IMG/VR virus record: IMGVR_UViG_3300032116_000106
Coordinates: 19,682 to 83,681 of that record
Strand: one strand, 5' to 3'
DNA length: 64,000 bases
From: a virus
The position numbers were made by a program, and so were the translations under genes. Of the stretch, positions 9,933 to 19,858 are shown piece after piece. The first letter of the stretch is position 1. Every line of letters starts with the position of its first letter. The notes under the pieces were generated by a model, which was given only the letters and a program-made list of their open reading frames with translations, was not told the DNA's origin and searched no databases.

Positions 9933-11326
9933 TATGCTTTACCTTTTCTACATTTTTTATAAAATTCTTCATATTCAGGAAATACTTCTAAAAAGTTAGT
10001 TCCTCTTCTCATATCGTGGTGTCTTACAAAGATAAAGAAATCTTTTCGATTTTTCAAGAAAGTTGAATCATCATCGTGATTTTTCATCCATTCCGCTATT
10101 CGTTTAACCTTTGTGATTTCAATATCGGTAAACCCATATCCATCATCACCCACTCTAACTTGTTCATAGAAATCCATAAGTTGTGCCTGTGAGTAAACCT
10201 CATCTATCCACTCATTATCCAATACCTTAACACTTTGATGTGGAGGCCAACGAAGATATGAACTATCTAATATAATCGAACTACCATAATACCTTTCCGC
10301 ACTATGGTATTCTTTTTTAATCTGATACACATCCTTAATTAAACCTTTATATGATGATACTGAAAGAGCGTTGTAAGTGCTCATTATTATAATTGTTAAT
10401 TTTGGATTTTCGGATAATAATAGATTAACCCTATCCATAAATAAATTATAATCAAATCCATGTCTAATGTAATTCGCTCTCTCACCATGTGCATCGCAAG
10501 ATGTAAAAAGAATAAATTCATTTACTCTTTCCTCATCCATCAATTTTTTAATCTTAACTCTAAATTCATTAAATATTTTTTCAGGAGCATTTAGGTTACT
10601 ATTAATCGATAGGTTTAGATTTTTATTTGGATTTTTTGATTCGTTGATAAAATCTAAAATGTCAAATGTATCTTTTGCCAAAAGTGGCTCACCGCCCGTA
10701 ATTCTGAATGTATGTAAATCCTTATACAAATCAGGCCACCATTTCCAAAACGCTTCTACATAAGGATTTCTTTTATTATGTGGAATTGGCATTTGGTCAG
10801 TTCCCTTCAAATAATCTAAATTGTTAAAATTAGTTGATGTAGGATATGCACCATGTTGTTGTATCTCTTCCATCCATTGTGAACTAAAAGCCGGCCCACA
10901 ATATGAACATTTAAAATTACAAATGTTTGAAAATGAAACCTCAACATACTTTGGGTTTATATCTTTAATACCTTTGGTTTTTAATACCTCATCAAAGTAA
11001 GGTAAAGACCACGGTTCGGATGATTTATAAATTCTATCTGAAAAATCATTTGAATTATCTTCGATGTTCCAGCAATAATCACATTCCTTTGGTCTTAACC
11101 CTTCCAACATTTCTCTTCTTCTATTTTTCTTAAAAGAAGTGTTGTGTAGTGCAGATGGATTTTGTGCAATTTCCATCTCCGATATTTTGTGTGTGACAGG
11201 GTGATGACAAGAGTGGTTATGGCCGGTTTGTAATTGTAATGTAACTTGTGTCCATTTGGCTAAGCACATTCCCTTACCAACCCCATTTAATTTTTCTTTT
11301 GTCGCCTGAAAGTGTTCGTTTAACAT
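9932..11326 (-). CDS. Radical SAM protein with N-terminal Twitch/SPASM-like Cys cluster (paralogue 1)
   Basis: CNFKCSYC, TGGEPLL. Colinear with 7886..9298 along its full length. Confidence 0.9.
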   Translation of the reverse strand: MLNEHFQATKEKLNGVGKGMCLAKWTQVTLQLQTGHNHSCHHPVTHKISEMEIAQNPSALHNTSFKKNRRREMLEGLRPKECDYCWNIEDNSNDFSDRIYKSSEPWSLPYFDEVLKTKGIKDINPKYVEVSFSNICNFKCSYCGPAFSSQWMEEIQQHGAYPTSTNFNNLDYLKGTDQMPIPHNKRNPYVEAFWKWWPDLYKDLHTFRITGGEPLLAKDTFDILDFINESKNPNKNLNLSINSNLNAPEKIFNEFRVKIKKLMDEERVNEFILFTSCDAHGERANYIRHGFDYNLFMDRVNLLLSENPKLTIIIMSTYNALSVSSYKGLIKDVYQIKKEYHSAERYYGSSIILDSSYLRWPPHQSVKVLDNEWIDEVYSQAQLMDFYEQVRVGDDGYGFTDIEITKVKRIAEWMKNHDDDSTFLKNRKDFFIFVRHHDMRRGTNFLEVFPEYEEFYKKCRKGKA

Positions 11327-12762
11327 TTACAATTTATTAAAACTGAATTATTTCCTATTTCTTCTATACCTAACAATTCGTATGTTAAGCTATTCATACC
11401 ATCATTTTTCCAATCGTATTTCCCCTGCTGCATTTCTAAAATATATCTTCTTTCATTTCTCGCAGTAGTTTCTCCTTTTGCCCACTTACCATTAACCAAT
11501 CCTTCAGTTTGATGTGGTAGACATTCAAATCTACCATTTCTTCTATGAGGGATTACGGTAGAAGGTATTTCTATTTTCTCTTTCGTAAAATTTACATTTG
11601 TAATTTTACCATTATTTTCATTACCACTTAAATCTTCCAGCAATCCATCATTAAAAGAATTGAAATCATAGTGAAGCTGTAATCCACTTTCCTCACACTC
11701 AAATGGTATATTTTTTATTTCATTATCGGTCAAACATCTATCATACAATCTTACTTCTGCTATTTGACCTTTGAAAAATTTGTTTGGATAATTTTTATTT
11801 ATTGATGGAGATGTTCCCAAATAATAACTTTCACTTCCATATCTTTTTAAATCTCCATTATATTCCATAGGTGATTGAACTCCTGTTCCAAATCTCGCAT
11901 CTGTTTCTCTGCCATTAAGGTAAAAATGTATTTGCTTATTGTATGAATCAACTTTTAATGTCACCCAAGTCCAAAGGTTCTCATATCTCTTCATCCACAT
12001 ATATTGCATCTCTCCTTCATTATTCCATAACATCGAAGTAAATGCTCTACTATTATTATATGAAATGCCATAATCATATCCAGGTCTTCTAAATACAGGA
12101 TACTCCCAAAATCTTCTTTCATTATCACCAATCAAATAAATTGGAATCTTTTCCTCTTGCTGATGTGCCTTTACTAATAATGATAGAGTGTGAGAACGAT
12201 TACTTAAAAATCTTATTGAACGACTTTGAGGTATTTCAATAAAAGAGTTTTCTCCATTAAAATTTGCTATATCAAATTCGGTTTTGGGTCTGATATATGT
12301 TTGGTCTGCCATTCCATTGATAGCACATCTCCAAAATAGGTCATCATCTTCCATACCCCAATCCCAATAATCATTCGAATAACCATTCGTTTTATAAACC
12401 TGTTCTTTTGTAAATAAAACTGCACCACCAAAGTATTCTTCATACTTTAAGTTGTAATCGGTTTGTGAAATATGAACTGCCAAATGTTGTGGCAAATCTT
12501 CGTTATAACTATAATCACAGCTATCATCTTCCGGTATCATATCGATGTCATGCCATACAATATAATCACACCCATCTTTAAATGCAACATCGGCTGCAAT
12601 GTTTTTCATCTTACCCCTATTGAATAATTTATCATCACATTGGTGGGCAAAATAAATCTTATGCTCAATACCCCTATCCTTCAAAAATTTATGAACTCTG
12701 GGTGAGAATTGTGCCAAATGCTCTTCTCTATTTCTATATGGAACACATACTCCTAATTTCAT
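11320..12762 (-). CDS. GT7 (beta-1,4-galactosyltransferase-like) glycosyltransferase with inserted LamG domain
   Basis: VPYRNR, FNRG, HDIDM, YFGG, WDWGMEDDD; then a LamG insert (FKGQIAEVRLYD...DLSGN); then the GT7 C-terminus (GRFECLPH...DGMNSLTY). Confidence 0.88.
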   Translation of the reverse strand: MKLGVCVPYRNREEHLAQFSPRVHKFLKDRGIEHKIYFAHQCDDKLFNRGKMKNIAADVAFKDGCDYIVWHDIDMIPEDDSCDYSYNEDLPQHLAVHISQTDYNLKYEEYFGGAVLFTKEQVYKTNGYSNDYWDWGMEDDDLFWRCAINGMADQTYIRPKTEFDIANFNGENSFIEIPQSRSIRFLSNRSHTLSLLVKAHQQEEKIPIYLIGDNERRFWEYPVFRRPGYDYGISYNNSRAFTSMLWNNEGEMQYMWMKRYENLWTWVTLKVDSYNKQIHFYLNGRETDARFGTGVQSPMEYNGDLKRYGSESYYLGTSPSINKNYPNKFFKGQIAEVRLYDRCLTDNEIKNIPFECEESGLQLHYDFNSFNDGLLEDLSGNENNGKITNVNFTKEKIEIPSTVIPHRRNGRFECLPHQTEGLVNGKWAKGETTARNERRYILEMQQGKYDWKNDGMNSLTYELLGIEEIGNNSVLINCKC

Positions 12763-14204
12763 AGTTCTACTGAAATGAATTTAGTTTTATCACTTAATTT
12801 TTTTTCTTCTACTTTTTTATATCTCAATGTATTCAGGCCTTCAATCGAATAAAATAACATTTCGTTTTTTAATGAGTTATATCTTAATTGATTTTGTCTA
12901 GTTTCTTCATGCACCCAACGATTTCCTTCAACACTATTACTACTATGTTTAAGTGATTTAAATGAACCATCTTTTTTGTATGGAACAACTGCTTCAATTA
13001 AAAACTTTTTATTCATTAAAGTATTGTTTTGGCAATTTACGATTTCAGCATCGAAACCATTACCACTTAAATCAATCAATTTATCTCTTCTAAAATGTTT
13101 AAAATCATAATAGAGTTTTAACCACTTCGAAGATTTATACTTACCAAAATTATTAAGTAGGGATTTCTTAGCCGATTCTTTATATATTTGTTCTATTTCA
13201 GGCTTCGATAATGTTTTATCAAATACCGCAAACTCATTTACAAACCCTTTAAAATAATAGTTTTCATAATTTTTTGCCGGATTTGCAACACCCAAATAAA
13301 AATCTTCTACATTATAATCGTATAACTCATCAACATATTCGGCTCCGATATAAGTGTTATTGATATATAATTCAATCATCTTATTACGAGGGTTACGATT
13401 AATTACAGCGTGAACCCACATATCCGGACTAATGTCTGAAACTATACTTTTTGATTTTTCATCTTTATCCCATATATCCAATTTAAATCTATTAAAACTA
13501 TTGAATGATAAAGAGAAGTTAAAACCCGGTATAGAAAATATAGTGTATTCATCATACTCTCTATTTAGGTCATTAACTAAATCATCTGGTTTAAACTTTA
13601 TTGAAATTGAAAATTCATCTTCAAATATAGGTTTAAAGTTTTGAAAAGGAATACTGATAAATGAATCTATACCATTAAAATAAAAATAGTTTAAGTTATA
13701 TTCATCGTTTTGAATTCCAAATGGCCTAGTATCTAAACTCAAATTACATTGAATACATCTTTGTAACAGGTCATCATCTTCAAATCCCCATCCCCAATAT
13801 TCATTTGAGTATCCATTTATAATTTTAAAATCTAATTTATTTACAATCGTTACACCGCCAAAATAGTTGTAAAAACTTTCTTCTCCATCAACTTTATCCG
13901 CTAAATGAGTAGGTCTATCACAATAAGAATAATCAACCTTAATGGGTAACATATCAACATCATGAAAACAAAAATAATCAAATTCGTTTCCGCTTTCTTT
14001 ATATCCGATGTTTAATAATTTACCTCTATTAAATGGTTTCTTATCCTTTTGCTCAATTACAAAAATCTCAAAAGGAATTTTCTTTGAGTTTAAATAATCT
14101 TCTAAATAAGGAATAAAGACATTAAGATGTGATTCCCTATTTCTATAAGGAACAATAACCGCTAATTTTTTTTGTATTTCTTTTTTATTAAGGTCTTTCA
14201 TCAT
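12759..14204 (-). CDS. GT7 glycosyltransferase with inserted LamG domain
   Basis: VPYRNR, FNRGKLLNIG, HDVDM, WGWGFEDDD; LamG insert; GSFKSLKH...EGLNTLRY. Confidence 0.88.
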   Translation of the reverse strand: MMKDLNKKEIQKKLAVIVPYRNRESHLNVFIPYLEDYLNSKKIPFEIFVIEQKDKKPFNRGKLLNIGYKESGNEFDYFCFHDVDMLPIKVDYSYCDRPTHLADKVDGEESFYNYFGGVTIVNKLDFKIINGYSNEYWGWGFEDDDLLQRCIQCNLSLDTRPFGIQNDEYNLNYFYFNGIDSFISIPFQNFKPIFEDEFSISIKFKPDDLVNDLNREYDEYTIFSIPGFNFSLSFNSFNRFKLDIWDKDEKSKSIVSDISPDMWVHAVINRNPRNKMIELYINNTYIGAEYVDELYDYNVEDFYLGVANPAKNYENYYFKGFVNEFAVFDKTLSKPEIEQIYKESAKKSLLNNFGKYKSSKWLKLYYDFKHFRRDKLIDLSGNGFDAEIVNCQNNTLMNKKFLIEAVVPYKKDGSFKSLKHSSNSVEGNRWVHEETRQNQLRYNSLKNEMLFYSIEGLNTLRYKKVEEKKLSDKTKFISVEL

Positions 14205-14418
14205 TATTAGGTCTTTCGGTATCTCTCATTGGCCTAGATACACTTCCTAAATTTTTAGCTTTTAAGATAGTATGAAATTCATGCAAATACCATTCAACTC
14301 TCGTCCCCCAAGCTGATTTATCGATTTCAAACATCCAATCATTCAAATCTCTAAGCGAAGAAGCAATGTCTTCCAATGCTCTCACTTGTCTTTCTTCTAA
14401 TGTTTTTTGATCTGCCAT
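14188..14418 (-). CDS. Small Trp-rich helical protein, tandem paralogue A
   Basis: Aligns with 14425..14661: EER.VRA.E.I..SL....DWM.E.D...W..R.EWYL.EF....KAK. Confidence 0.8.
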   Translation of the reverse strand: MADQKTLEERQVRALEDIASSLRDLNDWMFEIDKSAWGTRVEWYLHEFHTILKAKNLGSVSRPMRDTERPNNDERP

Positions 14419-14424
14419 AAACTA

Positions 14425-14661
14425 TTATTGAGGTCTTTCGTTTGATTTATCAGGTCTTCCGGTATTACCAATCGTTTTCGCTTTTGCAATCATATAGAAT
14501 TCGTTTAAATACCATTCCATTCTTTCAGACCAACCTTTGGTATCCAATTCATACATCCAATCCTGAATGTTTTCTAACGATGTTCCAATCTTTTCAAATG
14601 CTCTAACTGCTCTTTCTTCAATGTCGATGTTTGAAGTTTCGGGTTTCTTTGATGTAGCCAT
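14425..14661 (-). CDS. Small Trp-rich helical protein, tandem paralogue B
   Basis: Paralogue of 14188..14418; tightly packed in the operon. Confidence 0.8.
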   Translation of the reverse strand: MATSKKPETSNIDIEERAVRAFEKIGTSLENIQDWMYELDTKGWSERMEWYLNEFYMIAKAKTIGNTGRPDKSNERPQ

Positions 14662-14662
14662 T

Positions 14663-14908
14663 TTATTTGTTTTTTAATTTATTTTGTGTTCTTTTTTTGA
14701 AAAATCCTGTTGGGAAAGGTGATTGAGTTCCACCATAATAACCTCTCATTAATTCTAACGAAGAGTATATAATAGGCATCATATATGAAAAATTATCAAT
14801 CGTTTTATTATTTTCAAACGATTCTAATATTTCAGCAATCTTTTCTACCCTTTCAACAATTTGTTCATTGTTAATAACCTGTTTTATTATAGAACTACTT
14901 TTATCCAT
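14663..14908 (-). CDS. Small hypothetical protein, possibly a distant third paralogue
   Basis: Fills the gap in the operon. EQIVERVEKIAEILE resembles ERAVRAFEKIGTSLE. Confidence 0.6.
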   Translation of the reverse strand: MDKSSSIIKQVINNEQIVERVEKIAEILESFENNKTIDNFSYMMPIIYSSLELMRGYYGGTQSPFPTGFFKKRTQNKLKNK

Positions 14909-16377
14909 TTTGTTTTTTCGTTTATATCTTCTTCAGATAAGATTTTGTAATTTAAATAATTTAATCCAATTTTTTTTGTATCAACTTTTCCAGTCAAAAC
15001 TTCATCAAAATATATTTGTGAGTTTTGAACTATATCTGGATCCCAACTATAAAACTTTTCAGTTATCTTATCATCATCATCGTGAATTAAGGATTGATAC
15101 TTACCCATAATTCTAGAAGGAACTGAAAGTTTTGATGTTTTTTGAATTACATCGGTTTTAATAAATTTAGAGTATTCGGTGAAATCTATTGAATGAACTT
15201 TAACGTGATTCATCGTAATAGAAGAATCTAATATAAAATCATGATAAATCTTATTAAAGTTTATATTAAGAACTGGCTCTAAATCAGTATTTTGTTTTTT
15301 ACCATTATACCCTTCTAAATAAATGTTATCAATCTCTCTTTGTTCCAATACATAATCAAACATTAATAGATTTGATAATTTACCTTTGTATGGAGATGAA
15401 TTTAAACTTGCACAACCTACATAAATTGGTTGATAACTATAATCAATTAGGGGTGTAACTATATACGGTTGCTGGTCGCCCGTATATGGAACTTTAACAC
15501 TATTAAGATATAACTCAACTACTTCTTTGTTATAATCCACAACCATAGCAATATGATTCCATACACCTAATTCATATTTTTTGTATGCGAAACAATACTG
15601 CCTATCATTATCATAAACATTTACCCTAATAGTTCCATCGTTTTGTAAAGATATACCGGTGTTATAACCAGGCCAACTTACCAAATACTCCTCATCTTTC
15701 GCAATTTCATCTTTACTAAACCAAAGTGATACGCTAAAACTATCTTTCGTTAAATCTTTTATCTGATTATTTGGAAATATTTTTAGGTATAAATCATTAT
15801 CTTTAAAATCAATATACTTAACATTTTCCGAATACTTCTTATCGGTGATTTTAATTTTTTCAAATTCGTAATACGAGTCTATGCGAGGAAAAACAATTTC
15901 TTCATCTAACTCTATATCATTCATTCTACATCTATGTAATAAATCTAAATCCACAAACCCCCATCCATAATACTCATTTGAATACCCATTAACGGCTTCA
16001 AAATCTTCTTTGGAGAACATTACCACTCCACCGAAATATTCCAAATATGGGAGCTTAAATGTATGTGCCGATACCTTCGTTGCCATATGGACGGGATAAC
16101 CTCCAATGTGAATGTAATTGTAATCACAATCATCACTTACCGGCAGCATATCTATATCATGAAAGCAGAAATAATCGAATCCTTCTTTGAATAGAGAGAA
16201 TCCGATATTACATAACTTACCATAATTAAATGGTTTATCATCTGATTGTTCTATAATAAAGATTTCGTAATCCACATCCTTATTCTTAAAGAATTCAGTC
16301 ATATGTGGAACGAAGGTATCTAACTGCTCCCTTCTATCTCTATACGGAACTATTATTGCTATTTTAGCACCTGTCAT
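14887..16377 (-). CDS. GT7 glycosyltransferase with inserted LamG domain and variant active-site motif
   Basis: VPYRDR, FNYGKLCNIG, HDIDM, YFGG, WGFVDLD in place of WGxEDDD; LamG insert; GKYQSLIH...GLNYLNY. Confidence 0.85.
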   Translation of the reverse strand: MTGAKIAIIVPYRDRREQLDTFVPHMTEFFKNKDVDYEIFIIEQSDDKPFNYGKLCNIGFSLFKEGFDYFCFHDIDMLPVSDDCDYNYIHIGGYPVHMATKVSAHTFKLPYLEYFGGVVMFSKEDFEAVNGYSNEYYGWGFVDLDLLHRCRMNDIELDEEIVFPRIDSYYEFEKIKITDKKYSENVKYIDFKDNDLYLKIFPNNQIKDLTKDSFSVSLWFSKDEIAKDEEYLVSWPGYNTGISLQNDGTIRVNVYDNDRQYCFAYKKYELGVWNHIAMVVDYNKEVVELYLNSVKVPYTGDQQPYIVTPLIDYSYQPIYVGCASLNSSPYKGKLSNLLMFDYVLEQREIDNIYLEGYNGKKQNTDLEPVLNINFNKIYHDFILDSSITMNHVKVHSIDFTEYSKFIKTDVIQKTSKLSVPSRIMGKYQSLIHDDDDKITEKFYSWDPDIVQNSQIYFDEVLTGKVDTKKIGLNYLNYKILSEEDINEKTKWIKVVL

Positions 16378-17228
16378 TATATTAAAACTATTTGTTTGGT
16401 TAGTTTATTCCAATTACCGAAAGATACAAAGGATTTTTCAGATTTCCAAGTCCATTCAGAAAAATCTTCTAAATTTATTGAGAGTTTATTTTTTGCCAAA
16501 GCCCTATACATTTTTCGGTATTCTTCTGAAAAAGCGTAATCAGTTCCTACATTTGCAACAGCTCTTAACCTTTCTGCACAAGTACTATCCCATTTAAAAT
16601 GATGAACTTGTGTAAAACCCTTTTCAATTGGATAACGAAGGGGGTGATTCCATCCCTGCCACCTCCAAGTTGTTTGTCCATTTATTTCTGCATAATGTTG
16701 CCCCGCAGTTACCTTTATCCTACCCTTCATAAGAGTAACCTTATTTGGACAGGCTCCACTTAAAGGGTATCTAAAAAAAGAACTAATCGGAAATGCTTCC
16801 CATAAATCAGTATCTTTTGTCACCAAAGGGAAACTACCATTCTCACCAATCTTATCTATAAAACCTCCTGTTACAAATTCCCAACCATTAGTTTCACACT
16901 CTTCAATTATAGAACCTATATCATCCCAGTACAATTGTAACTCATCATCATCTGAAACTATCCACCAATCATTAGGATATAAGGATTTAATTTCATTGTA
17001 AAAAGATGTTACTGCTTCCCAGTTAAATACCTTCTCTTTTCTTTCATGATATACACATCCAAATTCTTCGGCTATATCTCTTGCTTCTTCGAATGATTTT
17101 TTATTATCCCTATCAGTAGAGTAATAATTTACCAAATGAATTTCACTCACATTTTTTTTGTAATGTGATAACATTTGCCTCAAAGTATTTGTTCTATACC
17201 CAGTGACAGTAACTAATTTTGGTTTCAT
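16377..17228 (-). CDS. GT-A fold glycosyltransferase (GT2-like)
   Basis: MLSHY, WWIVSDDDEL (DxD), GQH, VHHFKW. Confidence 0.75.
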   Translation of the reverse strand: MKPKLVTVTGYRTNTLRQMLSHYKKNVSEIHLVNYYSTDRDNKKSFEEARDIAEEFGCVYHERKEKVFNWEAVTSFYNEIKSLYPNDWWIVSDDDELQLYWDDIGSIIEECETNGWEFVTGGFIDKIGENGSFPLVTKDTDLWEAFPISSFFRYPLSGACPNKVTLMKGRIKVTAGQHYAEINGQTTWRWQGWNHPLRYPIEKGFTQVHHFKWDSTCAERLRAVANVGTDYAFSEEYRKMYRALAKNKLSINLEDFSEWTWKSEKSFVSFGNWNKLTKQIVLI

Positions 17229-18067
17229 AAATTATCTATATATTTCTTCAATCTATCTTTTGGAAACCAACCCAATCTTCTAACTTCATCATCTTTTCTC
17301 CTACTCATTGAGTATTGCCCTAACCCACCTATTTTTTTTTCAATTTGTAAACTGGGAAACCTATTTTTAAACATTTCATAAACATTATGCACACTATATG
17401 AAACATCATTACCCATTTCCCAACCACCTAAATTAATTTCTTTTGTTTTTATTAATCTTACTAAACCATCAACAACATCATCGATATATGTAAATGGTTT
17501 TAATTGAGTTCCTAAATTATGATAGGTAATAGGTAAATTATTGTTTATCTGATTTCTCCATTTTCCAATTAATGCCGCCATATGTGATTCAATTAATTCA
17601 CCTGGCCCATATACATTATATAATCTCACTATTGTTACATCAACACCCAATCCATTTCTATAAAAACGGCATAACTCTTCACCCATTTTTTTTGATGTGG
17701 AATAAGGTGATATAGAATGATGAACCGATGATGAACTTGCAAATACTACTTTACACCCATTTCTTTTTGCATATTCTAATACACTTTTAGTTCCATCAAC
17801 ATTTGTGGAAAAAGTATAATTTTGATGCTCATATGATACCCCAACTCTACTAAATGCTGCTAAGTGATAAATCCAATCATAAGGTTTATCACTAATGTTT
17901 TCCATTGCCCTTACATCTCCCCCAACAAACTTAGCGCCTTCCGCCACTTTTGCTTCTCTACCGATATACTGATTATCCACTATATGAACTTCGTGTCCAT
18001 CTGTAATCAATTGTTCGGAAAGTGCATATCCAATAAATCCACATCCTCCCGTAACTAAAATTTTCAT
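17225..18067 (-). CDS. NAD-dependent NDP-sugar epimerase/dehydratase
   Basis: TGGCGFIG, ASSSS, YSTSK, RLYNVYGP. Confidence 0.9.
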   Translation of the reverse strand: MKILVTGGCGFIGYALSEQLITDGHEVHIVDNQYIGREAKVAEGAKFVGGDVRAMENISDKPYDWIYHLAAFSRVGVSYEHQNYTFSTNVDGTKSVLEYAKRNGCKVVFASSSSVHHSISPYSTSKKMGEELCRFYRNGLGVDVTIVRLYNVYGPGELIESHMAALIGKWRNQINNNLPITYHNLGTQLKPFTYIDDVVDGLVRLIKTKEINLGGWEMGNDVSYSVHNVYEMFKNRFPSLQIEKKIGGLGQYSMSRRKDDEVRRLGWFPKDRLKKYIDNL

Positions 18068-18819
18068 TTCCTTCTTATTAAAGTAAGACCTGTTGATGAT
18101 GGTTTATTTTTCACAATACCATGATTAAAAAGATTAAATACTTCCCATTTATTACCATCAATTTCTTTTGCTAATTTTATAGGCCCACTCCAATCATCGT
18201 GATCTCCTCTATCTTTCACTTCTTGTGTTACAATAAACTTATCATGATATTTCGGGTCAGTATCATGCATTGAAATAATACCATTCTCACTCATTATCTG
18301 AGAATATAATTCAAAATCTTCTTTTACATTTTCATACGAATGACCTGCATCAATATGTAAATAATCTATTTTTATATCTTGCAATACGAAGAAATCATAG
18401 AATGCCTCCTCGGTAGTTGAGTTTATAATACGAGGGTGAAATGTTCTTCTAAAAAATGATTCTTCCGCAAACCAATCCACAACCCCACCAATACCATTCA
18501 TAGCATCTACAACATAAGTTGAACCTATATCACCATAGTTAAAATCAGCATTTCCTTCAAAGATGTTTTGTTTGTGTAAATCGTATCGAGCCTGTGTCAT
18601 TATACGAGGAATAAATCCACCACCGCTACCCAAACAAACACACACTCTGGCCCTCATATATTGGATTAGAGAGTAGATAATTAGTCCATCACCTAAATGT
18701 GTATCAGTAGCTCCATGAGACCAACGGTAGGGAACAGGATTGATTTCCTCTTCACCTCTAAAATCAAATTCTAAATTGTTGGTGAGATACTTTTTTATGT
18801 AGTTAAGGTCTTGTAACAT
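18064..18819 (-). CDS. Class I SAM-dependent methyltransferase (Methyltransf_24-like)
   Basis: CLGSGGG, IDYLHIDAGHSYE, GIISMHD. Confidence 0.85.
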   Translation of the reverse strand: MLQDLNYIKKYLTNNLEFDFRGEEEINPVPYRWSHGATDTHLGDGLIIYSLIQYMRARVCVCLGSGGGFIPRIMTQARYDLHKQNIFEGNADFNYGDIGSTYVVDAMNGIGGVVDWFAEESFFRRTFHPRIINSTTEEAFYDFFVLQDIKIDYLHIDAGHSYENVKEDFELYSQIMSENGIISMHDTDPKYHDKFIVTQEVKDRGDHDDWSGPIKLAKEIDGNKWEVFNLFNHGIVKNKPSSTGLTLIRRK

Positions 18820-18850
18820 CTATTAAATATAATTATCTTAATCTATAAAA

Positions 18851-19846
18851 TTAGGAATTATTTATGAGATTTCCAACTCTTTTTATCCATTTATTTTTAT
18901 CCGAAAATTGTAACATATATTGTTTTAATTTGTTACATTCTTTTACCTTTTTTTCATAGGATGTGTGTATCAACTCATTGACTAAATCATCAAAATCCTC
19001 TTTCGTTTCAACCCTATATTCATAATCACACTCTACTCCCCATTCCTTATGTAATATAGGCAATTTACCATAATTAACGGCATCAAATACTGAATACCCA
19101 AATGGTTCGTTTTTATAGGCCGAATGGAAAATTTGCCAACTTTTATCTATGAACCAATTACGATGGATGCCCATATCAAACTCATAAAACTTACATCTTT
19201 TAAAATTATACATTTCTGATATATTGTAATAGTCGTATTTGTGAGTAAGAACTTTTGCCGAATGGTTTGATAGCCAATGTGGATTTTTACGGGATTCAAA
19301 ACGGGCTGCATATCCTATTGTTTCCGAACATTCTTCTACTAATGGTCTCTCTTCGGTAAATGTGTAATAATTTGGTATAACCTCACAATCAAAATCATCC
19401 AAAAGAGGTGAATGATTTAATCCTATCCAAACTCTTTTTTTACATTTTCTTAGCAGAAGGTTTTGCCAACTCAATTCTATTTTGGTTGGATATATTTTAA
19501 AATCAGTTCCACTTTCAGTTATATCTTTTGCATATGCCTGAATAAAAACGGTATCCCATTTATGTTGATACTCCATAAGATACTCTCTATGTGAATATGG
19601 TGGATGAAGAAAAATTATTCTATCACACTTATCTAATAAATCTTCCGTCCCTTTTGGATTCTCTAAACGAAATGTATGTGGTATAGGAATAGATGATTCA
19701 AGATGGTTAGCACTTCTTTTATTATCAATTATGAGATGCACTTCTTCATTAAGAGTAGGGATTACTTCTCTAATAAAATTATTAACCCATATATCTCCTC
19801 CACCAATTATTTGATTTCCGGCAGAGGTCGTAACCATTATTATCAT
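18851..19846 (-). CDS. GT-B glycosyltransferase (GT4-like)
   Basis: N-terminal GGG, ARFESRKN, EPFGYSVFDA...GKLPI. Confidence 0.7.
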   Translation of the reverse strand: MIIMVTTSAGNQIIGGGDIWVNNFIREVIPTLNEEVHLIIDNKRSANHLESSIPIPHTFRLENPKGTEDLLDKCDRIIFLHPPYSHREYLMEYQHKWDTVFIQAYAKDITESGTDFKIYPTKIELSWQNLLLRKCKKRVWIGLNHSPLLDDFDCEVIPNYYTFTEERPLVEECSETIGYAARFESRKNPHWLSNHSAKVLTHKYDYYNISEMYNFKRCKFYEFDMGIHRNWFIDKSWQIFHSAYKNEPFGYSVFDAVNYGKLPILHKEWGVECDYEYRVETKEDFDDLVNELIHTSYEKKVKECNKLKQYMLQFSDKNKWIKRVGNLINNS

Positions 19847-19858
19847 AATATAAAAATA

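Noticed and set aside
4877-16377. DNA hypermodification pathway (rSAM + PLP + GT)
   Set aside because: No hydroxymethylase, nucleotide kinase or aGPT-like gene is seen here, thyA looks canonical, and the context is virion genes. Not excluded, but unsupported.
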